This document shows, piece after piece, positions 17,876-26,648 of a stretch of DNA of 64,000 nucleotides. A program made the translations under genes and the position numbers. The notes under the pieces were generated by a model. The model saw nothing but the letters and a program-made list of their open reading frames with translations, was not told where the DNA came from and did not search any database. The stretch is from a virus, in the IMG/VR virus record IMGVR_UViG_3300032213_001637, positions 1-64,000 of that record, one strand, 5' to 3'. Every line of letters begins with the position of its first letter. The stretch's first letter is position 1.

Positions 17876-18832
17876 TTACTTTATCCACTTTTGTTCTTTT
17901 AAAATATCATCAATCAAATCTTTTTCTGCACTGTCCATCTCTTTATCAAATCTCTTTAATATCTCATTTAACGGATACACTCTATCAGGGGATTCCTTTT
18001 GTTTTTCTTTTAATTCTTGAATCACATCAACAATTTTGACCAATGGTGATTTGTATTCATGTACACTATCTTTTGACGCAAAATTTGCCATTTCAAACGC
18101 TTTGGGTGTCAATCCTTTAACCAATGATAATACTGCGGATCCTAACATATTGAAAATGGAAAAAACAGCACCAGCTGCTGGATGTACTGTGGCTAATACT
18201 CTTAATATAACGAAAACCACAACAAATATGATAATAGCGGTCATTGCACTAATAAAGAATTTTTTCAATCCCCAAAAAACAGCATTAAGACCAAACATAC
18301 CGCTCATAGAATCAAGAGTAGCCTTATTTTGGTCAGCTTCTTTTGCAACCTCTTTGGCTGTATCTGTCATTTTCCAAAGTTGATCATCATATTGTGTTTT
18401 TAAATCTTCTTTTTGTCGTTGAAGTCCTACAATAATGGTATCACGTTGTGACAACAATTCATCACCCTTTTTACGTTCTTCTGATAATGCGGAATTTAAT
18501 AAGTCAACTGTGGCTTTAATACGTTTGATTTCATCCAAATGTGGTGATCCTACTATTGAAACAACTCTTTCATTGAGATTTTTTGCTGTTTGTACTTGAA
18601 TTGGCGGATTCGTTACTTGGTTCAATGTATATTGAATTCCTTGTGATAACACCGATGCTTGTACACGTTTACTCTTTTCATTCTTTACAAGTTCATCATA
18701 TGTTTCATCTACCTTTTTTTCTTGCTTTGCAACAGCATCTTGCGCCTCTGTAACTTGTTTAGAAGGTGTTATTTTTGAAGAAAAACAACCAGTCAAAACT
18801 AATAGAAAAACCAAAGTAAGTACGTATCTCAT
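17876..18832 (-). CDS. Lipoprotein with coiled-coil and C-proximal TM segments (spanin-like architecture)
   Basis: Lipobox LTGC; helical/coiled-coil middle; hydrophobic FFISAMTAIIIFVVVFVIL; ATATTTAT upstream. Confidence 0.6.
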   Translation of the reverse strand: MRYVLTLVFLLVLTGCFSSKITPSKQVTEAQDAVAKQEKKVDETYDELVKNEKSKRVQASVLSQGIQYTLNQVTNPPIQVQTAKNLNERVVSIVGSPHLDEIKRIKATVDLLNSALSEERKKGDELLSQRDTIIVGLQRQKEDLKTQYDDQLWKMTDTAKEVAKEADQNKATLDSMSGMFGLNAVFWGLKKFFISAMTAIIIFVVVFVILRVLATVHPAAGAVFSIFNMLGSAVLSLVKGLTPKAFEMANFASKDSVHEYKSPLVKIVDVIQELKEKQKESPDRVYPLNEILKRFDKEMDSAEKDLIDDILKEQKWIK

Positions 18833-18867
18833 ATTAGCAATAAATATGGGGTTTTATAATTAAACAA

Positions 18868-19236
18868 TTATAAATCTCTTTCGGTTTGACCCCTAATAGT
18901 TTCAAAATACTGAATTAATCGATTTATTAAATCATCAGCCATAGGTTCAATCCAATCTTGTGTTTTAAACTCAGTAGTACTAAGTCCTTGATGTAACGAT
19001 TTCAAGTTATCATTACGAAATTCACTATCTAAAAACAATATTAAATCTTTTTTCAACTTATTTTTATCATTAATAGTAAATACTTCACGCAATTCTTCTT
19101 TGTAACTGACTCTTACTGGTGACTTACCTTTACCACCACTACCAGTTGAACTACCAGTCGGACCTTTGCCAAACCATTGTTTTAGATCTTCATCCAATTG
19201 AAGAATTTTATTTAAAAGTTTTTGTTCGTGGTCCAT
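18868..19236 (-). CDS. Hypothetical protein (putative virion-associated)
   Basis: LDEDLKQWFGKG motif; ATATTTAT upstream. Confidence 0.6.
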   Translation of the reverse strand: MDHEQKLLNKILQLDEDLKQWFGKGPTGSSTGSGGKGKSPVRVSYKEELREVFTINDKNKLKKDLILFLDSEFRNDNLKSLHQGLSTTEFKTQDWIEPMADDLINRLIQYFETIRGQTERDL

Positions 19237-19242
19237 TAATCA

Positions 19243-19290
19243 ATAAATATATTTTAAAACGTAGATCTACCGGTTTTTATTATATTTATA
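19243..19290. promoter_or_regulatory. Divergent pair of ATATTTAT motifs around palindrome GTAGATCTAC
   Basis: ATAAATAT 19243-19250 (minus gene), ATATTTAT 19282-19289 (plus gene), palindrome 19261-19270. Confidence 0.55.
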
Positions 19291-19298
19291 CGTATTGT

Positions 19299-19772
19299 AT
19301 GCCACTATATCCATTAAGCATCATATTTTCACAGAGAAATGCTTCTAATACGAAGTTCGATGAAAAGTATCTGTCTGGCTCCAACATTGTATTTGGTACC
19401 GATGGATCTGGAAATTTAGCAACCATCAGCATTGGGAATATAGTTACAAGTATTAGTAGCAGTGCTAGTACTGGAAGCAATACATTTAATGGAAACCAAA
19501 TTATCAGTGGTAGTTTAGTTATAGTACCAAGTGATGTAAGTTCAAGTCTTAGTGGCAGCGGCGGTGAGATTACTGCTTCTAACGCATACTTTACTAACTC
19601 AATATCATCTCCAAGTGGATCATTTGTATCATTTCAACTGAATACAACAGCATCAGCACCAACCAATCCTACGGCTGGTGGATTGGTTGGCGAAGTGCGT
19701 TTGGATGATAATTATATTTATGTATACGTTAACAATAATTGGAAACGTATCGCAGTAAATCTTTGGGTTTAA
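19299..19772 (+). CDS. Ser/Gly/Thr-rich fibre-like virion protein
   Basis: TGSNTFNGNQIISGSL; C-terminal GEVRLDDNYIYVYVNNNWKR fibre-type motif; start moved to MPLYP. Confidence 0.6.
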   Translation: MPLYPLSIIFSQRNASNTKFDEKYLSGSNIVFGTDGSGNLATISIGNIVTSISSSASTGSNTFNGNQIISGSLVIVPSDVSSSLSGSGGEITASNAYFTNSISSPSGSFVSFQLNTTASAPTNPTAGGLVGEVRLDDNYIYVYVNNNWKRIAVNLWV

Positions 19773-20050
19773 CCCTTTAATATCTGTTTTATTTGAGTAT
19801 TAGTAACTTCGTTGTGACTTAATACTCCCAATTTACCCTTCAACATTTGTAATGCTGCTTTAGGATTCATTCTTCCACAGTTGAATCCTAATATGCTATG
19901 TGATCTACAAAAAGATTCCAACTCGTCAATATCTGCCTGTGGAAACTCCTGAACAGGAGGAAGTGTTGTATCTTCACCTTGTTGTTTTCTACGAACCAAA
20001 CTTTGAAAGATTGGGTCGTTCATAGATGTCGAAAATTCAGGAAAGTTCAT
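19769..20050 (-). CDS. Hypothetical protein
   Basis: 93-aa ORF coupled by ATGA overlap. Confidence 0.6.
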   Translation of the reverse strand: MNFPEFSTSMNDPIFQSLVRRKQQGEDTTLPPVQEFPQADIDELESFCRSHSILGFNCGRMNPKAALQMLKGKLGVLSHNEVTNTQIKQILKG

Positions 20051-22104
20051 ATCGCTTCGTTTTTTGTCTTACTAATGGAAGCGATTGACGAATCTGCTCC
20101 TTTAAGAAGTTCAGCGTTACGTTTCATACGAACAAATACACCACTACCTTTACCTTCGCTTGAACGATACTCATCATCATCCAAATAAACTTTTGCAACT
20201 TGATTCCAATCTGGATTTGGAGAATTAACCAACTTATCAGTTGTTGGATGTTTTTCACCTCTGAAAATACTATCAACCAACATTGTCTGTACCAACGCTG
20301 GAAACTTATTGAAGTTTTTATACTTCTTTTTTGCAATTTCTACTTTTTCTTCATAATCGTATTTAAACAACATAGAAATTTGATCGTTTGATAATAATAC
20401 TTCGGAGAAAGTTTGTGCCGTTGCAGGACCACCTTCCACATATCTTATCAACTGTTCATTTGTTTTTGGATTGTCATTAGGCATTGATGCAATACGACGT
20501 ATATTGTTTCGACTCCCAGCACTTCCATCCAAATGATGCCCCCCGCCAATATGTGGTTTATCTCCAATTAAATAATAGTTTCTAACAGCACCTTCATTCT
20601 TCAATGTATATTTTTGTGATGGAGTTGATGTTTTAATTTCATCAACATTAACATAGATTTTACTACCTTGTTTTTTGATAGCTGTCACTGGCGATTTTCC
20701 TTTTGTTGCAGCATCTACATTAGGGGTACCAAACGCAGCCGCAGCTGCTAATGCAACTGTAGATAACGTTTTTGCTCCCCATGATTCGTTCATAATCTCG
20801 TCAATTCGTATTATACCACGATCATCTGAAACTAAAAGAATATTCTTTTCTTTAATAAACTCACGTATTGTGTTTTTTGTTTTTGGAGTCACTGGTGGTG
20901 TGCCAGTACTTTTATTTCCATCTACATAAAATCCATAACTTTTATCTTCACCTGAGTTTTGTAAATAGATGGTACTATCATTTGGAAGATATTTCAAACG
21001 TACATAACCCTTTCTAAATGCAGATGTATATGGTTCCTTTTCATTAAATCCCATTATCTTATCACTATTATCTTTTACCCACTGTTTGTGATCTCTAACC
21101 ATAATAAGGTCACCACTTGGTGAAATCCAATATGCAATTTCTAAAATGACAGGACGTGAAGCGTTTCTTAACCGTTGTTGTTGATTTCTTTTATAAAATT
21201 GTGGGTCACTGGGTAAATCATTTTCGGTGATGTTATGAAGTGTCATTCCAGTAACTTGATGTATCAAATCTTTAACACACTCAACGTTTTTATCAGCCAA
21301 ACAGTCATCCATTTGTTGACGTTGTTCATCTGACGCTTTTCCATAAAACATCATCAATTCATGAAATCCAACCATGCCTCGATAATCCTCTTCGTTAATG
21401 TTTTCATCAAACTTACGTCCATCTGAACCGAAATGATCCAAGTGATGATAAACATCATCCAAATATTCACCTGCTAAATTCAATTTGGCTTTAACCCAAT
21501 CTTCCAATTTAGTCTCAGGTTTCAACATAGATTGAAGTTCTTTGGCATCATTGTTGATTTGTTTCAACGCACCCATAGCCATATTACTATTGCCAATATC
21601 TTCAATCAACTCTGCAACTAGATTTTTCAGTACCTCATTGTACAGTTCAACTTCACTCACAGAACTACTCTTGGTACGTTTTCCGGCCTGTCTAGCTCTA
21701 CGACCTGCACAATGTGCTCGTTGACTAAATCCTTTGGGATTTGAACAATCAATGCCCTGTTTGTATTTTCTACTCCACTTTTCGTTGATTTGATCTTCTG
21801 GTGTTCCCGCATCTTTTTCGTCACGATAAAACTTCAAATAATCACGAACTGTGGCAACATAATCACATGCGTGATTGAGCTTTGCTTCCACCCAATCCTC
21901 AAGATCTTCAGATGGATTGAACATCTTCTGTAAATCTTCACTGTACTTGATAAGTTTGGTTACATCGCTCATAGCCATTTCAGCGTTTTCTAACTTAACC
22001 ATCAATTTATCGGGATGTGGATTGTCATGATTAATAGGATGATCACTGTCACCCAATCCAGTTGACATACTTTTTTTCCATTGATCTTTTGTAAGTTCGT
22101 TCAT
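20047..22104 (-). CDS. Multi-module putative virion polyprotein with C-terminal T4-lysozyme-like domain
   Basis: Two LEDWV-x-AKL repeats, KWS-x-KYK-x2-IDC-x-NPKGFSQ-x-AHC module, YWISPSG module, hydrophobic TVALAAAAAFG, NEG...HIGGGHHL lysozyme-like motif. Confidence 0.7.
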   Translation of the reverse strand: MNELTKDQWKKSMSTGLGDSDHPINHDNPHPDKLMVKLENAEMAMSDVTKLIKYSEDLQKMFNPSEDLEDWVEAKLNHACDYVATVRDYLKFYRDEKDAGTPEDQINEKWSRKYKQGIDCSNPKGFSQRAHCAGRRARQAGKRTKSSSVSEVELYNEVLKNLVAELIEDIGNSNMAMGALKQINNDAKELQSMLKPETKLEDWVKAKLNLAGEYLDDVYHHLDHFGSDGRKFDENINEEDYRGMVGFHELMMFYGKASDEQRQQMDDCLADKNVECVKDLIHQVTGMTLHNITENDLPSDPQFYKRNQQQRLRNASRPVILEIAYWISPSGDLIMVRDHKQWVKDNSDKIMGFNEKEPYTSAFRKGYVRLKYLPNDSTIYLQNSGEDKSYGFYVDGNKSTGTPPVTPKTKNTIREFIKEKNILLVSDDRGIIRIDEIMNESWGAKTLSTVALAAAAAFGTPNVDAATKGKSPVTAIKKQGSKIYVNVDEIKTSTPSQKYTLKNEGAVRNYYLIGDKPHIGGGHHLDGSAGSRNNIRRIASMPNDNPKTNEQLIRYVEGGPATAQTFSEVLLSNDQISMLFKYDYEEKVEIAKKKYKNFNKFPALVQTMLVDSIFRGEKHPTTDKLVNSPNPDWNQVAKVYLDDDEYRSSEGKGSGVFVRMKRNAELLKGADSSIASISKTKNEAI

Positions 22105-22123
22105 AATTTATAAATATACAGAA

Positions 22124-22552
22124 TCAATCTAATGATCCTTCTAGTATTCGTTTTTTTATATTGGTGGTACTGATACCTTTTGTATACGATAAATAAACCA
22201 ACACAATATCTTGTTCATCTAACCAGTCTTGTGTAAAATTCATTTGAGCAAAATAATCTTTTTTTGCCCAATCATCTCCAATTGCAACAATGTTAGGATG
22301 AACGGATAATATTGAAGGTTTACTATCTTCTCCACCAATATTAGGAATCACTTCGTCAACATATCTAACACCCTCTAAAGAACGTTTTCGTTCATCATAT
22401 GTCATTATAGGGTATTTGTTTTTATATTTAAAAATGAATTCATCCGTATTTAGAGAAACGATGACTCTATCTGAAATTTTTGAACACTGTTTCAAAAAGT
22501 TCATATGACCATAGTGTAATAAGTCAAACGTACCGCCGGTATACAGTATCAT
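22124..22552 (-). CDS. Cytidylyltransferase (TagD/RfaE-II-like)
   Basis: GGTFDLLHYGH, ER...RYVDEV, GDDW, GISTT. Confidence 0.88.
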   Translation of the reverse strand: MILYTGGTFDLLHYGHMNFLKQCSKISDRVIVSLNTDEFIFKYKNKYPIMTYDERKRSLEGVRYVDEVIPNIGGEDSKPSILSVHPNIVAIGDDWAKKDYFAQMNFTQDWLDEQDIVLVYLSYTKGISTTNIKKRILEGSLD

Positions 22553-23631
22553 AACGTGGATATATAGTTTTTAACAAAATCAATCACTTCTTCTTCTGGA
22601 GTTGTGTCTAGATTATCACCATACTGTTTGTTCAAAACGTTTTTAATATCGCCTATAACCTTACCAGGCTTCAAATTGAACGTATTCATGATCCATTCAC
22701 CAGTATACTTTTCAGTACTAACTATGTCAGCGTCTAACTTTTGTTTTTCTTGTTCTACTTTGTCATACAAAGATGGAAACAATGACTTAAAGAAAAAGTC
22801 ATTGTCACCCACATTACGACGTTGACCACTCTGTAACAATTGATCACTTATATACTGTGCGGATTGACGTTCACTACGCATCTTTCTACGATCACCACGA
22901 TTTAATTCTCCACTCAATTGACGAACGTCAAACAATGGAGAAGTTTTGATATACTCAACGATGTCATCTTCGCTCTTAATATTGGAGAAATTGGTATCTA
23001 CATTACGAAAACCAAGAATCTTTTGAGCGTCACGAAGGTTTTTAGTGATAAAAATAGATCTATTTTGACCTTTCTTATCAACAAAGATCTTAAAGAAACC
23101 GTCACTACCATACTTAAATCCGAGTTTTCTAGATATAACGCCAACAATACCTGAAAAGTCGTTGTATGCTAGATAATCTTGTTTGTTACGTGCATCTTCT
23201 TCATCTTTTGCTATAATAAAGTCGATGTGTACTTGTTTATCTAATTTATCCGGACGATACAAAATAGAAAATATGTTACCATTGGTAGTTGCGTACATTT
23301 GTTTTGGTTGATATACGTTACCATTTGATGTTACTATCACAGTTGGTTCGGTGTTTCTGACAATGTTTGAACCAATTATATTTGTTACAATATCTTTTGT
23401 AGATTGTCCAGATGGTGGTACAACCACAATATCAATATCGCCATGATCTTGACGACTTGACAACTTGGTTGTGTTATTGAAGCTAGAAAACTTCTTGGCG
23501 AGTTTCTTTTTCAACTCACCAAATACGCCATGCATTTCTTCGGTTGTTACTCTGTTAGATAAAGATCCAAAGAGTTTTTTAACATTTTCCTCCGAAAGAA
23601 TTTTTCTTGCTATGTCCGATAGTTTGATCAT
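22549..23631 (-). CDS. Pol-beta/PolX-like nucleotidyltransferase with putative head-targeting leader
   Basis: HGDIDIVV and VHIDFI acidic triad; RKLGFKYG; C-terminal LKPGKVIG; leader MIKLSDIARKILSEE. Confidence 0.65.
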   Translation of the reverse strand: MIKLSDIARKILSEENVKKLFGSLSNRVTTEEMHGVFGELKKKLAKKFSSFNNTTKLSSRQDHGDIDIVVVPPSGQSTKDIVTNIIGSNIVRNTEPTVIVTSNGNVYQPKQMYATTNGNIFSILYRPDKLDKQVHIDFIIAKDEEDARNKQDYLAYNDFSGIVGVISRKLGFKYGSDGFFKIFVDKKGQNRSIFITKNLRDAQKILGFRNVDTNFSNIKSEDDIVEYIKTSPLFDVRQLSGELNRGDRRKMRSERQSAQYISDQLLQSGQRRNVGDNDFFFKSLFPSLYDKVEQEKQKLDADIVSTEKYTGEWIMNTFNLKPGKVIGDIKNVLNKQYGDNLDTTPEEEVIDFVKNYISTL

Positions 23632-24548
23632 GTGTCTTTCAATATGTCTTTAAGTATATCAGTTAACTTGATGGGACTTGATTGTTCAACTGATTCATTC
23701 TTTTTCTTTTGCCAAGAAACTGGACTTGGACCTTTTTTCTTACTGGTTCCCTTTTTATTACACTGTGATGGTGTTGGACGGCATGCTGGATACTTGGCTC
23801 TTTTCTCACCAGCTTGACGACCACATGCTTTACATGTTTTACGACTAGTTTTTTTATTTTTACGACAAGTATTACAATCTACCCAACCTTTGCTTTTTCC
23901 TTTTCCACCTTGTCTTGCAAACCATCCATGTAGACCTTGTTTCTTTTCTTTACTAAAGTCTTTTTTCTCTTCTAACTCAACAGATTCTTCTTTTTTCTCC
24001 CAAATTTCACCTGTTCTGCATCGAACCATCGCACCCGATTTGTAAGCAGATGTTTTAGGACCATACACACTATCTGCTTTTTTATGACATCTATCTTTAT
24101 TCTTTTTACGTTCATCTAAAGATGGTTCATCGATATCAAGATCGATACCTGACACCTTACTTGGACCAACTGGTTCACTATCTTTGACTTGTCCAACAGG
24201 TGTAGTTCCTATCTTACCTACCACATTGTTTCCCGGTGTACAAGATATTTCACTTCCCAATCTGGATTTATCATTAAAACTCTGTTTAGGATCACCAAAT
24301 CCAGAATTGGCTTGTGGTTGGAATTCCTTGGCAAGTCCAGCAGCAACCAACTTGGTATAATATTCTGGATCTTCTGTCAAATGATCCAATGCAATTTCGG
24401 TTGCAATCTTTTCATTATTCGTATGTTCCATTTCTACTTGAACACCAATTGCAAGTTGTGCGGGGTTAACAGTTGAAGACGCAGTTGCGTCACCAACTCC
24501 ACCTTTTAGTTGTCCATCTTCATTGATAAAAAAGTCTTTGTATTTCAT
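23628..24548 (-). CDS. DUF5661-like multi-module protein with YKDFF leader
   Basis: MKYKDFFINE; GVQVEMEHT...EIALDHLTEDPEYYTKL; SAYKSGAMVRCR; basic Cys-rich WVDC...CGR...YPACRP module. Confidence 0.7.
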   Translation of the reverse strand: MKYKDFFINEDGQLKGGVGDATASSTVNPAQLAIGVQVEMEHTNNEKIATEIALDHLTEDPEYYTKLVAAGLAKEFQPQANSGFGDPKQSFNDKSRLGSEISCTPGNNVVGKIGTTPVGQVKDSEPVGPSKVSGIDLDIDEPSLDERKKNKDRCHKKADSVYGPKTSAYKSGAMVRCRTGEIWEKKEESVELEEKKDFSKEKKQGLHGWFARQGGKGKSKGWVDCNTCRKNKKTSRKTCKACGRQAGEKRAKYPACRPTPSQCNKKGTSKKKGPSPVSWQKKKNESVEQSSPIKLTDILKDILKDT

Positions 24549-24742
24549 GGTCGGTTATTACCTTTATGTTTATGTTGTGACGCTTCTTGTTCTGCTTGTT
24601 GCATTTTACTATAACCATTTGAAGGATATGCATAATCGATTTGCCATCTACGACCTTTCATCGCAGGATGGCCAATCAATGGATCTTGAAGTTTCTTCTG
24701 AGATCCAATTATATACCAATCCCCCGGTGGTTTAGAGTCCAT
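24545..24742 (-). CDS. Small hypothetical protein
   Basis: MDSKPPGDWY...; fills the gap and overlaps both neighbours. Confidence 0.5.
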   Translation of the reverse strand: MDSKPPGDWYIIGSQKKLQDPLIGHPAMKGRRWQIDYAYPSNGYSKMQQAEQEASQHKHKGNNRP

Positions 24743-26648
24743 AATTACGTCTCTTTTTCTTTTCTTCCCACTTTTCATCCATCAACTTCTTAATAGCTTC
24801 AAAGTTACCATATTTTTGTTCAACACGTTCACGTGTTTTAGATGCATTAGCCATATCACGTATGATACTTCCAATCGTCTCCTTTTGAGTTTCGTTCATT
24901 GTAGGTTGTTCTTTCTGTTTTTCTTCTGCAATTTCATCAATACCTAAAATAATAAATCTAGCAACTGTGTGTATCACAGTTAAATTTTTCTGTATTGCAT
25001 CTTTATTGCCTTGCCATAATGCAATATATGTTGCACCATGTTTTGTATCCAAATTATAATGATTTGTTACAGTGTATGCAACTGCTTCTGCTTGAAGTTC
25101 AGCTTCTGCTCTGGTTAATCTCATTGTTTCATCATTTCCATAGAACACTGAACTATCTTTGAAATGCAATAGTGAATGTGCAATTTCATGAACCAACGTA
25201 GACAAACGATTTATTCCGGAAACATTACTTGTCAAGTTAATATGGTCACCGCTTGCCCATCCCATTTCTCCACCTTTTGCGTCACTATGAGTAACCTTGA
25301 TTTGTTTATCCTTACAAAACTTTAAAAGATACTCATATATTTTATCTGCTGTTTCACTTGGTGTATTTTGATCGTGCCATACTGGAGCTTCTGGAATTTT
25401 TCCTTTTTCAGCAGCGTTGGTGTCTGAAATATCATATACGATGCCGATTCTAAATTTTGTTATTTGATTTTTTGAAATTTCATCATCTACTCCTTCATCA
25501 TCTCCGGGTTTAAAACGATCACCTGGCTTACTTTCACTATCGTCTTTCTTGTTTTTAATAGGTACCCATATTCTAATATGAGTAGCAGTTTTTAAATTTA
25601 CGGTTACGCCAAGTTCTCTCCATTTTGATTTACCAGCAACCTGTGTTGCGTTTGGTTTTTGTGCCCAAATCAATAAACTGTTAGTAAAACTATACTTTTT
25701 AAATTTCTTTTTAAAATCTAAAAACGATTTCAATTTGTCGCTAACTTTAACACCTTCAACGGCATCAGCCAATCCGTCAATGATTGTTTTAACTTTTTCA
25801 GCGAGTTCTCTTCTTTTATTAAAATCGTCTCTCTCCACAAACACTTTGAGATTTTCAAAGGTGTGTAACAACTCTTCAAATTGTATTGGACCGGACTTTG
25901 GAGGTGTCCATGTTTTAGTCTTCCAATTATATGAATAACCAGCATTTATTTTATCAATCGCTTTCATATAATATCTTAAATCTTCATCAGTAGTATATGG
26001 TTTTTCCCATCCTATATCTGGATTCCATGTAAAGCCTAAAGATTTAATACCATCCTTGGATTTGTAGGTTTCATTACCAGCCGCTCTAGAACTGGCAAGA
26101 GTATTTTTGGGATCGTTATCAGGAGATTCTGGTTTATCTGGATCATATGGTTTGTATAAATCAGAAACCACAATAATGTACTGTTTGCCAGTTTCTTCGT
26201 CATCATACCGATGAAGTTCTAACTTTTCATTGATATCACCATCAACCGATTCGTTCATCATATCAGTAGTCATTCCTAACATACCAAGATCACGATAATA
26301 ACGTGGGTTTTCTTTCAAATTTTGAACAACATTTTGTTTAGCAACCATCTTGTTCTTGAAAATCTGTTTCTTGAGTTCATAGTCCATTCCCTGAATGATA
26401 TCATCAGGGGTGACCTTGGTTTTGATATCCTCAATATCTTTTTTGTACTGTTCTGGATCAATTTTTGATTTAATGTCTTGATCGACTGGTTGTACAACAT
26501 TGACATTTGAACTGTCAGCAGGAAAAGATCCGGGGTTCTGAACGACATCAGGTGATGAATATGTCCCAGATTGACCAGATAAGGGTGATTGACCCCCTAC
26601 CGCAATCTGACTCATGTTATATTCTTTGAAGAAGTCTTTATATGTCAT
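24732..26648 (-). CDS. Polyvalent protein: YKDFF leader, DUF5661-like, ArdC-N and zincin metallopeptidase
   Basis: MTYKDFFKE; KYSFTNSLLIWAQKPNATQVAG-x3-W-x2-LG (ArdC-N); LVHEIAH...AELQAE-x-VAY (HExxH); ATATTTATA upstream. Confidence 0.8.
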   Translation of the reverse strand: MTYKDFFKEYNMSQIAVGGQSPLSGQSGTYSSPDVVQNPGSFPADSSNVNVVQPVDQDIKSKIDPEQYKKDIEDIKTKVTPDDIIQGMDYELKKQIFKNKMVAKQNVVQNLKENPRYYRDLGMLGMTTDMMNESVDGDINEKLELHRYDDEETGKQYIIVVSDLYKPYDPDKPESPDNDPKNTLASSRAAGNETYKSKDGIKSLGFTWNPDIGWEKPYTTDEDLRYYMKAIDKINAGYSYNWKTKTWTPPKSGPIQFEELLHTFENLKVFVERDDFNKRRELAEKVKTIIDGLADAVEGVKVSDKLKSFLDFKKKFKKYSFTNSLLIWAQKPNATQVAGKSKWRELGVTVNLKTATHIRIWVPIKNKKDDSESKPGDRFKPGDDEGVDDEISKNQITKFRIGIVYDISDTNAAEKGKIPEAPVWHDQNTPSETADKIYEYLLKFCKDKQIKVTHSDAKGGEMGWASGDHINLTSNVSGINRLSTLVHEIAHSLLHFKDSSVFYGNDETMRLTRAEAELQAEAVAYTVTNHYNLDTKHGATYIALWQGNKDAIQKNLTVIHTVARFIILGIDEIAEEKQKEQPTMNETQKETIGSIIRDMANASKTRERVEQKYGNFEAIKKLMDEKWEEKKKRRNYGL

